Source: a virus. Taken from it: a DNA stretch of 64,000 bases. A program made the translations under genes and the position numbers. Within the stretch, counting starts at the first letter, position 1. Each line of letters begins with the position of its first letter. The notes under the pieces were generated by a model. It worked only from the letters and a program-made list of their open reading frames with translations. It was not told the DNA's origin and ran no database searches. The stretch spans positions 1 to 64,000 of the IMG/VR virus record IMGVR_UViG_3300033571_022960, one strand, 5' to 3'. Positions 38,357 to 49,413 of this stretch are shown here, piece after piece.

Positions 38357-38751
38357 AATTCTATTTTGTCTGGTTTTTTAAGGATTAAATCCCTTTCATA
38401 AAGTCTATCATTCACTTGGTTTTTTGAATCCCCATATCTGAAAACCAATCTTTTATAAATAGTTTCATCTTCATTATCTTTTGACCAACCAAGTGCAATA
38501 ACACCATCAATTGCATCAAACATTCCGAATGAATCTGAATTTTGAATTAATTCCAATTCAACATGAGTTTTTAAAATCCCAACTTCATCAATATATTCCA
38601 AATCTGGTGGTTCAGGTTTACCATTTGCAGGGGATTCATCCCAAAATTCACCATCAATTTCAATTATATCAAGTCTATCTGAAAAAATAAATTCATAAAG
38701 AAATTCCCCCTTATGATTTTTTCCTACTTTATTTATGTATATTAAATTCAT
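38353..38751 (-). CDS. Hypothetical protein
   Basis: 132 aa, overlaps the neighbouring start/stop. Confidence 0.7.
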   Translation of the reverse strand: MNLIYINKVGKNHKGEFLYEFIFSDRLDIIEIDGEFWDESPANGKPEPPDLEYIDEVGILKTHVELELIQNSDSFGMFDAIDGVIALGWSKDNEDETIYKRLVFRYGDSKNQVNDRLYERDLILKKPDKIEL

Positions 38752-38766
38752 TTTAATCTATTATTT

Positions 38767-39963
38767 TTAAAAATCCACAAAAGAAGGTTCTGTTTTATTT
38801 GGTTCAATATTACATTTATTATTATAATTCTTATATTTTCTTGCCCTTTCATATTCATCCCTATCTTCTTCATCTCTAACCCATTTACTAACTGTTTCAA
38901 ATAAAAAAGTTTTTCCACCAATTTTTATTTTCGGTAATCCTTTTTTTGATTCAGTAATTTCACCCCTATCAACCATATTTGCAAGTTCATGAGATAACAA
39001 AGAAATTTCAACATCATCATCTATTCTCTTAAAATTATGTGCAGCTCTACCACTCATTCCAATATATTCATATTTAACACCCCAAATTAAATATATTTTT
39101 CCCTTAATTAATTTAATTTCATTACCTTCAACTAATTTTTCATTTAAATCTTCTGATTCACCAATAGGTTGTTGTTGCATTTGTGGTTGAGGTTCACCTT
39201 GAACTGGTGGTTGTTCTTGTGGAACTTCCTGATTTTGTTCTGGCATTTGATTAATTCTATTAACCAAACTTTCTTTTACTTGTGGATTAACATTTTCAAA
39301 ACGAATTGCAGATATAATTGAATTCATTACATATTTAACCATTTTATCATCAAAACCTTCTTGTGAATTATAAGAATCTCTTATTTTTTGACCCAATTTA
39401 CCAGTTAATCTTTGTACTTGTCTTATTACTGAATCTTCATCATCTTCAAAAGAAGGTTGTGGTTCATCCATTGGAACATCTTCCATTGATTCAGGTTGAG
39501 GTTCTTGGAATTGTTCTCCTTGAGGTTGTGGTGCAGGTGCAGAAGTAGGTTGAGGTAGAGTTTGAGGTTCAGGTTGTCTTAAAACAAATCTATCATTTTC
39601 CAAAATCACATATTCTTTTTTTGAATCCAAAGATTCTTTAAGATTATATAAAAATGTATTTAAACCTTTAAGTGCATCTGCAAAAGAATTATATTTATAT
39701 TTTTGGTTATAACGAACACCACCAATATATTGAAAATCTTCTTTTAATAATTTTTCTTTTGAATCAGAAATTTTAATAAAATAATGAGAATTTTCTTTTA
39801 CAATTGCATAATTTTTTCCATCAACACCTTCTTTTACCAAAAAATCACTATCTACTTTATCTTCTTTTGATTCATTTAAACCTTTATAGGTTAATTCAAG
39901 TATTCTTTGAAGTTTTTCTTTTCCCTCAAGTTTTTCACTTCCAACTGGTTTTTGTTTTAACAT
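38767..39963 (-). CDS. Putative head/scaffold-type protein with Pro/Gln/Glu-rich linkers
   Basis: 398 aa; GLNE, NLKE, VILE, DLNE, EITE, FLFE sites. Confidence 0.7.
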   Translation of the reverse strand: MLKQKPVGSEKLEGKEKLQRILELTYKGLNESKEDKVDSDFLVKEGVDGKNYAIVKENSHYFIKISDSKEKLLKEDFQYIGGVRYNQKYKYNSFADALKGLNTFLYNLKESLDSKKEYVILENDRFVLRQPEPQTLPQPTSAPAPQPQGEQFQEPQPESMEDVPMDEPQPSFEDDEDSVIRQVQRLTGKLGQKIRDSYNSQEGFDDKMVKYVMNSIISAIRFENVNPQVKESLVNRINQMPEQNQEVPQEQPPVQGEPQPQMQQQPIGESEDLNEKLVEGNEIKLIKGKIYLIWGVKYEYIGMSGRAAHNFKRIDDDVEISLLSHELANMVDRGEITESKKGLPKIKIGGKTFLFETVSKWVRDEEDRDEYERARKYKNYNNKCNIEPNKTEPSFVDF

Positions 39964-39978
39964 AATAAATTTTTTAAT

Positions 39979-40004
39979 ATAAATATTCTACTTTTTATAT
40001 TTAT
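39979..40004. promoter_or_regulatory. Divergent ATATTTAT motifs
   Basis: Minus copy 39979-39986, plus copy 39997-40004. Confidence 0.55.
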
Positions 40005-40016
40005 TTAAAAAAGTTT

Positions 40017-41843
40017 GTGGAAAATTTAAGAATTAGAACAGATATTGGATTAAATAATGTTTATTTAAAATTTAAATTAGAACAAAATTTTGAAAATCTT
40101 GAAATTCTTTCTTTAAAAATTGAACAAGATAGATTATACCAAAGATTTTGTTCTGATTATGGTGTTGTTTGTGGTAGGGTAATAACAAATGATGGTTTTG
40201 GTGTTGCAAATGCAAAAATATCTGTATTTATACCAATTTCAGAAGATGATGAATTAAGGGATGAAATATTTGATATATATCCTTTTAAAACACCTTTTGA
40301 TAAAAATGAAATAACAAAAACGAGATATAATTTATTACCTGAAAATAAACAAAGACCTATTCATCAACCTGTTGGTACTTTTCCTGTAATAAATAAAATA
40401 ATAACAAATGAAAATTATTTGGAAGTACATGAAAAATATTATAAATTCACTACAAGAACAAATTCTGCTGGGGATTATATGTTATTTGGTGTACCAACTG
40501 GATTACAAACTATTCACATGGATATGGATGTATCTGATATTGAATCACTTTCATTAAACCCAGAAAATTTTATTGCAAATGGTTTTCCAGAAGAATTTTT
40601 TGAATCAATTAATGGTGTAACTCAATTTAAAGTATCAACAAATTTGGATGAACTACCACAAATTATAACACAAAATATTTCAGTAAATGTACAACCATTA
40701 TGGGGTGATATAGATAATTGTGAAATTGGCATAACAAGACAAGATTTTGATATTACAAATCAATTAATAATAAATCCAATTGCAGTTATTTTTGGTAGTG
40801 CAATAAGTTCAATTTTCCCAAAAAGTCAATATACTACTGAAAGTGGTAATCAATCATTTACAAATGGTTGTAATTCTAGTTGGGCAAACTACAATGGACT
40901 TTGTGAGGGTAAATATGGTTCTTATCATATTAATAAAGGTAATGTTAGTGTTTCATGTGATGTTTATAATAGTGATAGAAATTTTTATAAGACATTTACT
41001 TTTGATGATGGTAAGATATTAATTTCATTACCAATGAATACTGAAAGATATATTACTGATGAAATAGGTAATCCTGTTTTATCACAAAATCCAAATGTGG
41101 GTATTCCTACTAAATCAAATTATTATTTTAATTTTTATGTTAATAAACTTTTTGGTGAAGAATTTAATACTGCAAGGGTTAGTAATAATTCATTAGTTAG
41201 ATGTGCAAATTACATATCATATCAACCAATTACTTTAGAATATGATATTTTTAATAAACAAATACAATTTTATACATTAGGAACTTTCTTTAAAAGAAAT
41301 CCAAATGTTGTACCACAATTAGAAACAATTAATAGTCAAATATTTTTATATTATAATCTTAATAATGCAAATATGGGAGACCCCTGGGAAGTGTTAAGTT
41401 TTTATGATAATGTACCTTTACCTTCATTTAATCAATTACCTGTTAATACTGATAATGTAGATGTTAATAGGGGTTCAGGAATAGACTACAAACAATGTTT
41501 TTTTAATAATTCTTTAAATGGTGTATTATATTTCCATACTTTTGAATTAAAAGATAATGGTGATTATTCTGTAAAAGTTGCATTAAATAAAAGTTTATTT
41601 TTAAATGGAATTCCTAATACACCAAATTATGATTTTGAATTTATTTATAATCTTAATAATTTGGATATTGTATTAACTAACAGTACAAATGATTTAAAAA
41701 ATGGTTTAACTGAAAGTTCTAAAACCAATTTTGGTGTTTTACCATCTAATAATATTTTTTCGGGTAAATATTATTATTTTGGGAAAGAAAAAAATCAAAC
41801 AGTATTACAAAAATTAAAACAACAATTCGATGGACAGATATAA
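40017..41843 (+). CDS. Probable baseplate/tail structural protein
   Basis: 608 aa, GTG start; N-terminal Ig/carboxypeptidase-regulatory-like VVCGRVI...GVANAKISVFIP...TNSAGDYMLFGVPTG. Confidence 0.65.
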   Translation: MENLRIRTDIGLNNVYLKFKLEQNFENLEILSLKIEQDRLYQRFCSDYGVVCGRVITNDGFGVANAKISVFIPISEDDELRDEIFDIYPFKTPFDKNEITKTRYNLLPENKQRPIHQPVGTFPVINKIITNENYLEVHEKYYKFTTRTNSAGDYMLFGVPTGLQTIHMDMDVSDIESLSLNPENFIANGFPEEFFESINGVTQFKVSTNLDELPQIITQNISVNVQPLWGDIDNCEIGITRQDFDITNQLIINPIAVIFGSAISSIFPKSQYTTESGNQSFTNGCNSSWANYNGLCEGKYGSYHINKGNVSVSCDVYNSDRNFYKTFTFDDGKILISLPMNTERYITDEIGNPVLSQNPNVGIPTKSNYYFNFYVNKLFGEEFNTARVSNNSLVRCANYISYQPITLEYDIFNKQIQFYTLGTFFKRNPNVVPQLETINSQIFLYYNLNNANMGDPWEVLSFYDNVPLPSFNQLPVNTDNVDVNRGSGIDYKQCFFNNSLNGVLYFHTFELKDNGDYSVKVALNKSLFLNGIPNTPNYDFEFIYNLNNLDIVLTNSTNDLKNGLTESSKTNFGVLPSNNIFSGKYYYFGKEKNQTVLQKLKQQFDGQI

Positions 41844-44361
41844 AACTCTTTTACCAAGTGATAAAAATAAAAATGCAAATAATTCTGATTTATTTGTTTC
41901 TTTTAAATTAGATAATTCTAATGTTTTGAATGGATATGATAATATTATATCAATACTTGATGTAGAAGAACAATTCAATAAAGAAAGGCAAAAATCAGAT
42001 TTATATAGAATTTCTGGTAAGATAAATTTCTTACATGCAGATGCAGACGATTTAAAAAGTTTTTCATTAACTAAACAATATGATGAAAAATTAAAACTAG
42101 ATGTTAATTCAACTAATGTTTGGGGTATTACAAATTGGAAAAGTATTCAGTATAATATAAATGATGAGTATTCTTGTCCAGTACCTAATAATAATGTAAC
42201 AATGAAATATTGGGATGTTAATCCACTAGATGGATTTTTTCCTATTATAAATTCAACCCAAATTGGATTAGATAATGGAATACAAATTTTACCAACTAAT
42301 AATCAATCTGTTGATACTTTAAGATTTAAATGGTTAGGTGATACAGGTACTTATAATATAACATTTAATTTAATAATAGAATCAAGAGGTAGAGTTACTG
42401 GGAAAGGTAAAAAAACTGGTGGTACTTTATATATTGATTTAAGAGAATACAATAGTACTTTTATTGACCAATATGAAGTTGAAATCATTGAAAGAAATCC
42501 TCAAACTTTACCTATTCAATATACTGATACATACATAGTAAATGATGATATAACATTAGAAAAAAATAAAGAATATCAATTTTTAACACAATATTATGAA
42601 GATTCTACCTATGTAAATTGTTATGGTACTGATTTTAATTTAGCGCAACAATATGACCCACTAACTGAAACATTTAGTGGTCAATCTTATCCTTCATCTG
42701 CAATTAATTGGGATAGTGGTTTAAATTTATTTGTATTAGACCAATATCAAGGTAAAGAAAGTTTTATTTCTATTTCATCTAAAAATTCTATACAAAATCC
42801 CAATATAATTAATACTAATTGGTTTGGATTTAAACCAACAAAAAATGATTTTTCTTTTTTACCACAAGATAAAAATTGGTTATTACAACTAACAATACCA
42901 AATGGTATAATTGAAAATTATCCTTTACAGGGTAATTCCATACCTATTGATAGGGGTTTTAGATATATTTTAACTGGATTTACTTATAATAATAAAAATA
43001 CTATTGCATTAAAAACTGAATTAATAAATAATATTGATGTTGGTGATTATGTTTATTGTGAACATATAGAATTCCCAAATTTAGTTGGTAGGGAAGAAAT
43101 TAATGGTATTCATAGGGTTATTTATAAAGGTAATCCAATAAACGGAGAAGATTCTGATACAATATTAGTTTTAGATTTAAATAATAGTTTAGATTTAATT
43201 CCTTTTGCAAACAAGTATGGTATTATAAAGAAAATTACCTCACCTTCTTTAAATGACCAATTAAAAACAAATTATTTAACAACAATAGAAAGATTATATT
43301 TAAACCAAAATAATAAACAATGTATTGAATTTAATCAAGAACATAATTTAATTGATGGAGATTTTATATCATTAAAAGGTTATTTATTACCAAATATATC
43401 ACCAACTTTTACAGGAATACATAGGATTAAATATATTGATGATTTTAATGTTGAACTTTATTATAATTTTCAAAATAATCAAAATAACACACTTGTATCT
43501 ATATTTCCTGAATTGAAATGGAAAAGATTGGATGGTTGTCCATCACAATACTTTATGCGTTCTTTTGAAATTATTACATCTAATTATATAGACATTACTT
43601 TACCTAAAAGGGATTATGATTTATACCAAAGTGGTTATGAGGTTGATATTTTTAATAGGGAAAAATATCTTTTTAATTTTAAAGAAATAGATATTTCAGA
43701 ACATAAAGATTATTTGGGAAGAAATATTAGTGATATTTATTTGACATTTATTAAAAGACCTGGAGAAAGTCCAAAAAATTTTACATCAACTGATGTTTTC
43801 TTTTATGATTATTCTTTAAAGTCAGGTGGTAGTGGTTTAAAACTTAAATGGGTTGATAATAATAATGAATTAGTAACAAATTATAATTCAAATTCAGAAA
43901 ATATAAATACTAACAAAATAAAAAATAAAGGTGATAAATATTTTGGTGATATAGTGGAATATTTAGTTTCAAATTTAGAAGAGAATATTATTATAGAACC
44001 AATTTTTAGATTTAATACTAAAGAAAGGGACGATAATTTAGAAACAAATGGGTTTATTTATAAACCACATCATAGAATACCAATAAGGAAATTTTCTACA
44101 TCAATAGAACAATTTGATTTTTCTGATGTTGCAGAATTCCCAAATTATGCAGAATCTTATAAAGGTAAATTTTTATGGAGGGATTTATTAGATAAAGGTT
44201 TTATTGAAGATACTGTAAATGGTGTTGATTACCCTTTTTTAAATAATAATCATTATATATTTAATGTATTTAATTTAACATTAAAACCACAAAATCCTGA
44301 ATTAATTGATGGTTTCATCATAAACGAAGATATAGTAAATAATTTTGAAAATGAGTGTTAA
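41830..44361 (+). CDS. Probable baseplate/tail structural protein
   Basis: 843 aa, beta-rich, in an operon after ATATTTAT. Confidence 0.65.
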   Translation: MDRYKTLLPSDKNKNANNSDLFVSFKLDNSNVLNGYDNIISILDVEEQFNKERQKSDLYRISGKINFLHADADDLKSFSLTKQYDEKLKLDVNSTNVWGITNWKSIQYNINDEYSCPVPNNNVTMKYWDVNPLDGFFPIINSTQIGLDNGIQILPTNNQSVDTLRFKWLGDTGTYNITFNLIIESRGRVTGKGKKTGGTLYIDLREYNSTFIDQYEVEIIERNPQTLPIQYTDTYIVNDDITLEKNKEYQFLTQYYEDSTYVNCYGTDFNLAQQYDPLTETFSGQSYPSSAINWDSGLNLFVLDQYQGKESFISISSKNSIQNPNIINTNWFGFKPTKNDFSFLPQDKNWLLQLTIPNGIIENYPLQGNSIPIDRGFRYILTGFTYNNKNTIALKTELINNIDVGDYVYCEHIEFPNLVGREEINGIHRVIYKGNPINGEDSDTILVLDLNNSLDLIPFANKYGIIKKITSPSLNDQLKTNYLTTIERLYLNQNNKQCIEFNQEHNLIDGDFISLKGYLLPNISPTFTGIHRIKYIDDFNVELYYNFQNNQNNTLVSIFPELKWKRLDGCPSQYFMRSFEIITSNYIDITLPKRDYDLYQSGYEVDIFNREKYLFNFKEIDISEHKDYLGRNISDIYLTFIKRPGESPKNFTSTDVFFYDYSLKSGGSGLKLKWVDNNNELVTNYNSNSENINTNKIKNKGDKYFGDIVEYLVSNLEENIIIEPIFRFNTKERDDNLETNGFIYKPHHRIPIRKFSTSIEQFDFSDVAEFPNYAESYKGKFLWRDLLDKGFIEDTVNGVDYPFLNNNHYIFNVFNLTLKPQNPELIDGFIINEDIVNNFENEC

Positions 44362-45097
44362 TAAATTGCAAATTCTAAGAATCACAACAGGTGAAACAAG
44401 AAACATTGTTATACCTTTAAACTTAACTTTTAAACCAATTGATAAATGGGAATTAATTGAAAATTTAATTGATAAAGAAAAAGAAAAAAAAGTTAATAAA
44501 ATTGTTGATTGGGATTTATGGGATTATTATCCTATTGATAGTAATGATAAAAAAATTAATACAATAGAATATAAATTTTATTGGAATATAAATGGAAGTT
44601 TATCAAATAATTATTCAGATTTCTTAATTAAACAATTTGGAGGAACTTTGGGATTATCTTTAAATAAAATTAAAGAAAAGAATTACTATAAAAGAAGTTT
44701 TATTAGATTAAATTATTATGATTCACCTGATGTTAATAATCAAAAATTATTATTAACAGAAGATTTAAAATTAAGTGATACATTACCAAATACAACCAAT
44801 GAAACAAGATTTATATATCAAGTAAATGAGAATAAAGTGGGTTATTTTATTTCATGGTTAAAAAATGATAACATAACAAATGGTGAAATTTACATGAAAC
44901 CAATTTTCTTCAATGCAAAAAATGGCAGAAGTTTTGAATTAATTAAATATCAAGGAAACATTATTGATATTAACACTTTAAACCAAAATTACTCTGATAT
45001 TAATTATGTTAAAATAATTTTAAATAAACAAGATTTGGTTTATAATGTGGATGGTTTTAATTATGTAATGATTTTTCAATACAACAGATTAGATTAA
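44351..45097 (+). CDS. Probable virion structural protein
   Basis: Overlaps the upstream stop; ATG at 44351. Confidence 0.6.
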   Translation: MSVNKLQILRITTGETRNIVIPLNLTFKPIDKWELIENLIDKEKEKKVNKIVDWDLWDYYPIDSNDKKINTIEYKFYWNINGSLSNNYSDFLIKQFGGTLGLSLNKIKEKNYYKRSFIRLNYYDSPDVNNQKLLLTEDLKLSDTLPNTTNETRFIYQVNENKVGYFISWLKNDNITNGEIYMKPIFFNAKNGRSFELIKYQGNIIDINTLNQNYSDINYVKIILNKQDLVYNVDGFNYVMIFQYNRLD

Positions 45098-45595
45098 ATT
45101 AAAATCTTTAATTAAATCTTTACCTTTAGGACAATTTTTAATGGCAGAAATTAATTCTTTTAACTCCACATTAAAATTATCATCTACTATTGTGTTAAAA
45201 ATTTCCATAAATTCATTATAAGTACTTTCATTTCTATAATTAAAACCACAATAATCTATTGTTGGTTTTTTAAATTCATAATTATTTAATAAAAAAACTA
45301 TATAGGTATCATTTTTTTTATATACTATTTTAGTTTCACCATCATTTTCAAATAAGTTATCCCCAACACCCCAAAACCTAATTTTTATATTATTACATCT
45401 TTGAATATATAATGAATCCCATTTTAATGAAAAATCACTAATTGTTATATTTGAATTATCTGATAATATTTCACCATCTTTTTTAAGTGAAATGAATAAG
45501 TTTTTATAGTAAGAAAAAAAATATTCTTCTATTTCTTTTTCTACTTTAGAAATTTTATTTTCTAATACTTTTAGTTTTTTAATTAATTTTTCCAT
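45089..45595 (-). CDS. Hypothetical protein
   Basis: 168 aa, divergent from the polymerase gene. Confidence 0.65.
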   Translation of the reverse strand: MEKLIKKLKVLENKISKVEKEIEEYFFSYYKNLFISLKKDGEILSDNSNITISDFSLKWDSLYIQRCNNIKIRFWGVGDNLFENDGETKIVYKKNDTYIVFLLNNYEFKKPTIDYCGFNYRNESTYNEFMEIFNTIVDDNFNVELKELISAIKNCPKGKDLIKDFNLI

Positions 45596-45679
45596 TGTGT
45601 TTAATTTTTACACAAAATTACAAAATAAGTTTTATTTTTTTCATGCAAACATTATATTTAGACAAAATTAAATTTGTTT

Positions 45680-48397
45680 ATGGTAAGTGCAGAAAAGATA
45701 AAAGAGTTTTTGGAAGGAAAAGATTCAGAAGAATTTATTGTTGGAATTGAAATATATTCATCATGGACAAAAGATGATTCAAATGACATCTATTTAATAA
45801 TTGACCATCCAGAAAAGGGAAAATACATAAAAAAAGAACAAATTACACCTTTTTGTTGGGTTAAAAATTTATCCAAAACAGGATTTTATAATAATGATAG
45901 AGAATTATTAGAAACTGCAATAAAAAAATATGGTATAGTTTCAAAAAAATTAAATATAGGAAATCAAAAAAGATTAGAAGAAGGTCATTCACATTTAGTT
46001 AAAACAACAGGAACATATAGGGATTTAATTAATTTCTTTAAAAAGGGTGGTATTAATCCTTTTAAGGATAGGGATAAAGTTTTGATGTTATCACCACAAG
46101 AACAATATTTGGTGCAAACTGGTAAACGTTTATTCAAAGGAATTGATGATTACACAAAAGTTCACAAATTAGTATTTGATATAGAAACAACTTCTTTATT
46201 ACCCAAAGATGGACACATATTTTTAATTGGTATTAAAGATAATAAAGGTTATCAAAGAATACTTTCTTCTTATGATGAAAATGGTTATAATGAAGAATTG
46301 GAAAAAGATATTATAATAAAATTTTTTGAATCCATAAATAACTTAAAACCAACAATAATAACAGGTTATAATTCGGAGAATTTTGACTTTCCATATATTT
46401 TTGGTAGGGCAGAAATATTAGGATTAAATATAACCCAAATAGTTAAAACAAGACACCCAGAAGTTAAATTAATTCGTAGAGAATCAACACTAAAATTGGG
46501 TGGTGAAATGGAAACATATACACAAAATTTAATTTGGGGTTATAATGTAATGGATACATATCATGCAGTTAGACAAGCACAGGCAATTAACTCTGATATA
46601 AAAGAAGCAAACCTAAAATACATTGCACGTGAAGCAAAAGTCATAAAACCAAATAGGGTTTATATTCCAGGTAATTTATTGGGAAAAATGTGGATAGAAA
46701 ACAAAAATTATTGGTATAATCCCGAAAATGGTAGATGGAAAGAAGAATTTGAAGAAGGATATGTTGAAAAAACTGGTCGTTGGTTAATAGAAGAATATCT
46801 TATTGCCGATTTGGAGGAAACCGAAAAAGTTGATAATATATATAGACAATCCACTTTCTTAATAGGTAAAACTATTCCTACAACTTTTATTAGAGTTGCA
46901 ACTATGGGAACTGCAGCAATGTGGAATGCAATTATGCAAGCATATTCTTATGAATCAGAATTGGCGATACCAAAAAAAGTGGAAACAAGACAAATAGTTG
47001 GTGGTTTAAGTAGATTATTCAGAACTGGTTATAATAAAAATGTAATTAAAATTGATTATAGTGGACTATATCCATCTATTGAAATAACACATGATGTATT
47101 TCCTGATTGTGATATTAATGGTGTTTTAAAAGGTTTGTTAAGTTATTTTTATAATGAAAGAAATATATACAAATCTTTAATGAAAAAGGCAAAGAAAGAA
47201 GGTGATGAAGAAATGGAACAATTCTATGATAGAAAACAATTACCAATTAAAATATTAAATAATACACTTTTCGGTTCATTATCTGCACCAAATGTATTTT
47301 ATTGGGGTGATATGGATATGGGTGAAATGATTACTTGTACTGGTCGTCAATATTTGAGATTAGTTATAAAATTTTTTGAAACAAGAGGTTATAAATCAAT
47401 AGTTTGCGACACAGATGGACTAGATGTGGCAGTTCCAGAAAATATTAATGAAAGAATTTATATTGGAAAAGGTTTACATCACATGGTTGAAAAAGGAAGG
47501 GAATATAAAGGTTATGATGCAGATATTGCAGAATTCAACGAAAGATTTATGTATGGTGTAATGGGATTAAGTTTGGATGGGGTTTATTCATCATCAGTTA
47601 ACTTTGCAAGAAAAAATTATGCAGATAAAAAAATTGATGGAAAAGTAAAACTGGTTGGAAATACAATTAAATCAAAAACAATTCCAAAGTATATTGAAAA
47701 ATTCTTGGATAAAGGAATAGATTTATTATTAGATGGAAAAGGTTCAGAATTTATTGAACATTATTATCAGTTAATTGAAAAATTATATAACCAACAAATA
47801 CCTTTAATAGAAATTGCAAATAAAAGTAAGGTAAAATGTTCTTTGGATGAATATTTAAATAGAGGTTCAGATAAAAATGGTAAAGATAAGGCATCACAAG
47901 CACACATGGAGTTGGTAATAAAGGAAGGTTTACAAGTTAATTTGGGTGATGTAATTTATTATGTTAATAATGGAACAAAAAAATCTCATGGTGATTTTAG
48001 TCTTAAAACTTTAAAAGATGGTACAAAAGAAAAAGTATTTAATTGTTATTTAATTCCACAGGAAGATATTGAAAAGAAAACTGACTTAAAAGGTGAATAT
48101 AATGTTGCAAAATATATTGATATGTTAAATAAACGTATTGAACCACTTATGGTTTGTTTTAATCCTGAAATCAGAAATAAAATATTGGTTAATAATCCAG
48201 AAGAAAGAAATTATTTTACTGATGAAGAAATGAAATTGGTATCAGGTATTCCTATGGAAGAAGGAGACCAAGATAATTTAGAAAAAGAATTAATTCCAGA
48301 AGAAAGAGAATTGGAATTTTGGAAAAATATGAATATTAATCCTGAATATATGATTAAAGATAGATTTGAGGAAAAGGTAGTTGAAAATATTTATTAA
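45680..48397 (+). CDS. polB: Family B DNA polymerase
   Basis: Exo I VFDIETT, Exo II GYNSENFD, IDYSGLYPS, KILNNTLFG, CDTDG, RKNYA. Confidence 0.95.
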   Translation: MVSAEKIKEFLEGKDSEEFIVGIEIYSSWTKDDSNDIYLIIDHPEKGKYIKKEQITPFCWVKNLSKTGFYNNDRELLETAIKKYGIVSKKLNIGNQKRLEEGHSHLVKTTGTYRDLINFFKKGGINPFKDRDKVLMLSPQEQYLVQTGKRLFKGIDDYTKVHKLVFDIETTSLLPKDGHIFLIGIKDNKGYQRILSSYDENGYNEELEKDIIIKFFESINNLKPTIITGYNSENFDFPYIFGRAEILGLNITQIVKTRHPEVKLIRRESTLKLGGEMETYTQNLIWGYNVMDTYHAVRQAQAINSDIKEANLKYIAREAKVIKPNRVYIPGNLLGKMWIENKNYWYNPENGRWKEEFEEGYVEKTGRWLIEEYLIADLEETEKVDNIYRQSTFLIGKTIPTTFIRVATMGTAAMWNAIMQAYSYESELAIPKKVETRQIVGGLSRLFRTGYNKNVIKIDYSGLYPSIEITHDVFPDCDINGVLKGLLSYFYNERNIYKSLMKKAKKEGDEEMEQFYDRKQLPIKILNNTLFGSLSAPNVFYWGDMDMGEMITCTGRQYLRLVIKFFETRGYKSIVCDTDGLDVAVPENINERIYIGKGLHHMVEKGREYKGYDADIAEFNERFMYGVMGLSLDGVYSSSVNFARKNYADKKIDGKVKLVGNTIKSKTIPKYIEKFLDKGIDLLLDGKGSEFIEHYYQLIEKLYNQQIPLIEIANKSKVKCSLDEYLNRGSDKNGKDKASQAHMELVIKEGLQVNLGDVIYYVNNGTKKSHGDFSLKTLKDGTKEKVFNCYLIPQEDIEKKTDLKGEYNVAKYIDMLNKRIEPLMVCFNPEIRNKILVNNPEERNYFTDEEMKLVSGIPMEEGDQDNLEKELIPEERELEFWKNMNINPEYMIKDRFEEKVVENIY
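48387..48394 (+). promoter_or_regulatory. ATATTTAT motif embedded in the 3' end of polB
   Basis: 4 nt upstream of ATG 48399, whose product has a head-cargo-type leader. Confidence 0.45.
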
Positions 48398-48398
48398 T

Positions 48399-48920
48399 AT
48401 GAATTTTACAGAAATTTTAAAAGAATTAATTGAGGAAAACAGAATAAAATTATTATTGGAAGTTTTTAATAAAATTGGTGAATTGCCAGATAATTTAAAA
48501 CAAGAAGGAAATACATTTTATTTTACAAATGATGGTATTGATTATTATGTTGAATTTAAGGAATTTAATGAAAACTATAAATTAAGTAGAACAATTACTG
48601 ATGATAATAAAAAAATAATTGATAAAATTCCAAATGGAAAATATATTGTTGAGTTTGGAGTTGTAATTAATAATAAATTCATTTCTAATATTGATTTAAA
48701 AAATTCAAAATCAATAAGAGTATTAAATTATATAATTTCTATAATTAATTATTTTATAAAAGAGAATGATGTAAATCTAATTTCTTATTTTGCAGAATCA
48801 AAAAGATTAAATATATACTCAAACATTTTTGAAAAACTTTTTTCTAATAATTTTAATCAATTAGATAATGGTAATAATGGTATGAGTAACATAATCTATG
48901 TTAAAAGAAATTTTTTATGA
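48399..48920 (+). CDS. Hypothetical protein with head-cargo-type leader
   Basis: MNFTEILKELIEE. Confidence 0.65.
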   Translation: MNFTEILKELIEENRIKLLLEVFNKIGELPDNLKQEGNTFYFTNDGIDYYVEFKEFNENYKLSRTITDDNKKIIDKIPNGKYIVEFGVVINNKFISNIDLKNSKSIRVLNYIISIINYFIKENDVNLISYFAESKRLNIYSNIFEKLFSNNFNQLDNGNNGMSNIIYVKRNFL

Positions 48921-49318
48921 AAAGAAAAATTAAAGAAAGATTAAGGAAAAAAAAATTAATATGGGAAAATTTATGTTTATCTTATGACTATAATAAAAAA
49001 TGGATTTACTTATGGGGTGATGATAGTGGTATTGATTTAACAATTAAAGGTTATTATAAAGATGATATTCTTTGTTTAGTTAATAAACATATTTCATTTT
49101 TTCTTTATCCATTAAATTGTAAAATTCCTTTTACTTTTTTTAAAAAATTCATTCTTGAACCAACAATGGAAGGATTGGAAAGAATAAATTTTAAGGGAAA
49201 TGTTGGTTTTGAAAAAATGGAATTTGAACAACTTAATAACTATATTAGAATAATGTTAAAAAGAAATAACATCCAATTCCAGGAGAATGAAAAATATATT
49301 TATGCAGAAATAAAATAA
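48917..49318 (+). CDS. Hypothetical protein
   Basis: 133 aa, ATGA overlap. Confidence 0.6.
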   Translation: MKRKIKERLRKKKLIWENLCLSYDYNKKWIYLWGDDSGIDLTIKGYYKDDILCLVNKHISFFLYPLNCKIPFTFFKKFILEPTMEGLERINFKGNVGFEKMEFEQLNNYIRIMLKRNNIQFQENEKYIYAEIK

Positions 49319-49413
49319 TTCACAAAAATACTTTACAAAATAAAAACTTTTATTAAGTTTCATTTACATTAAAAAAACAAGTTTAAAAAACATTAAAAAT
49401 TAAAAACAAAATT

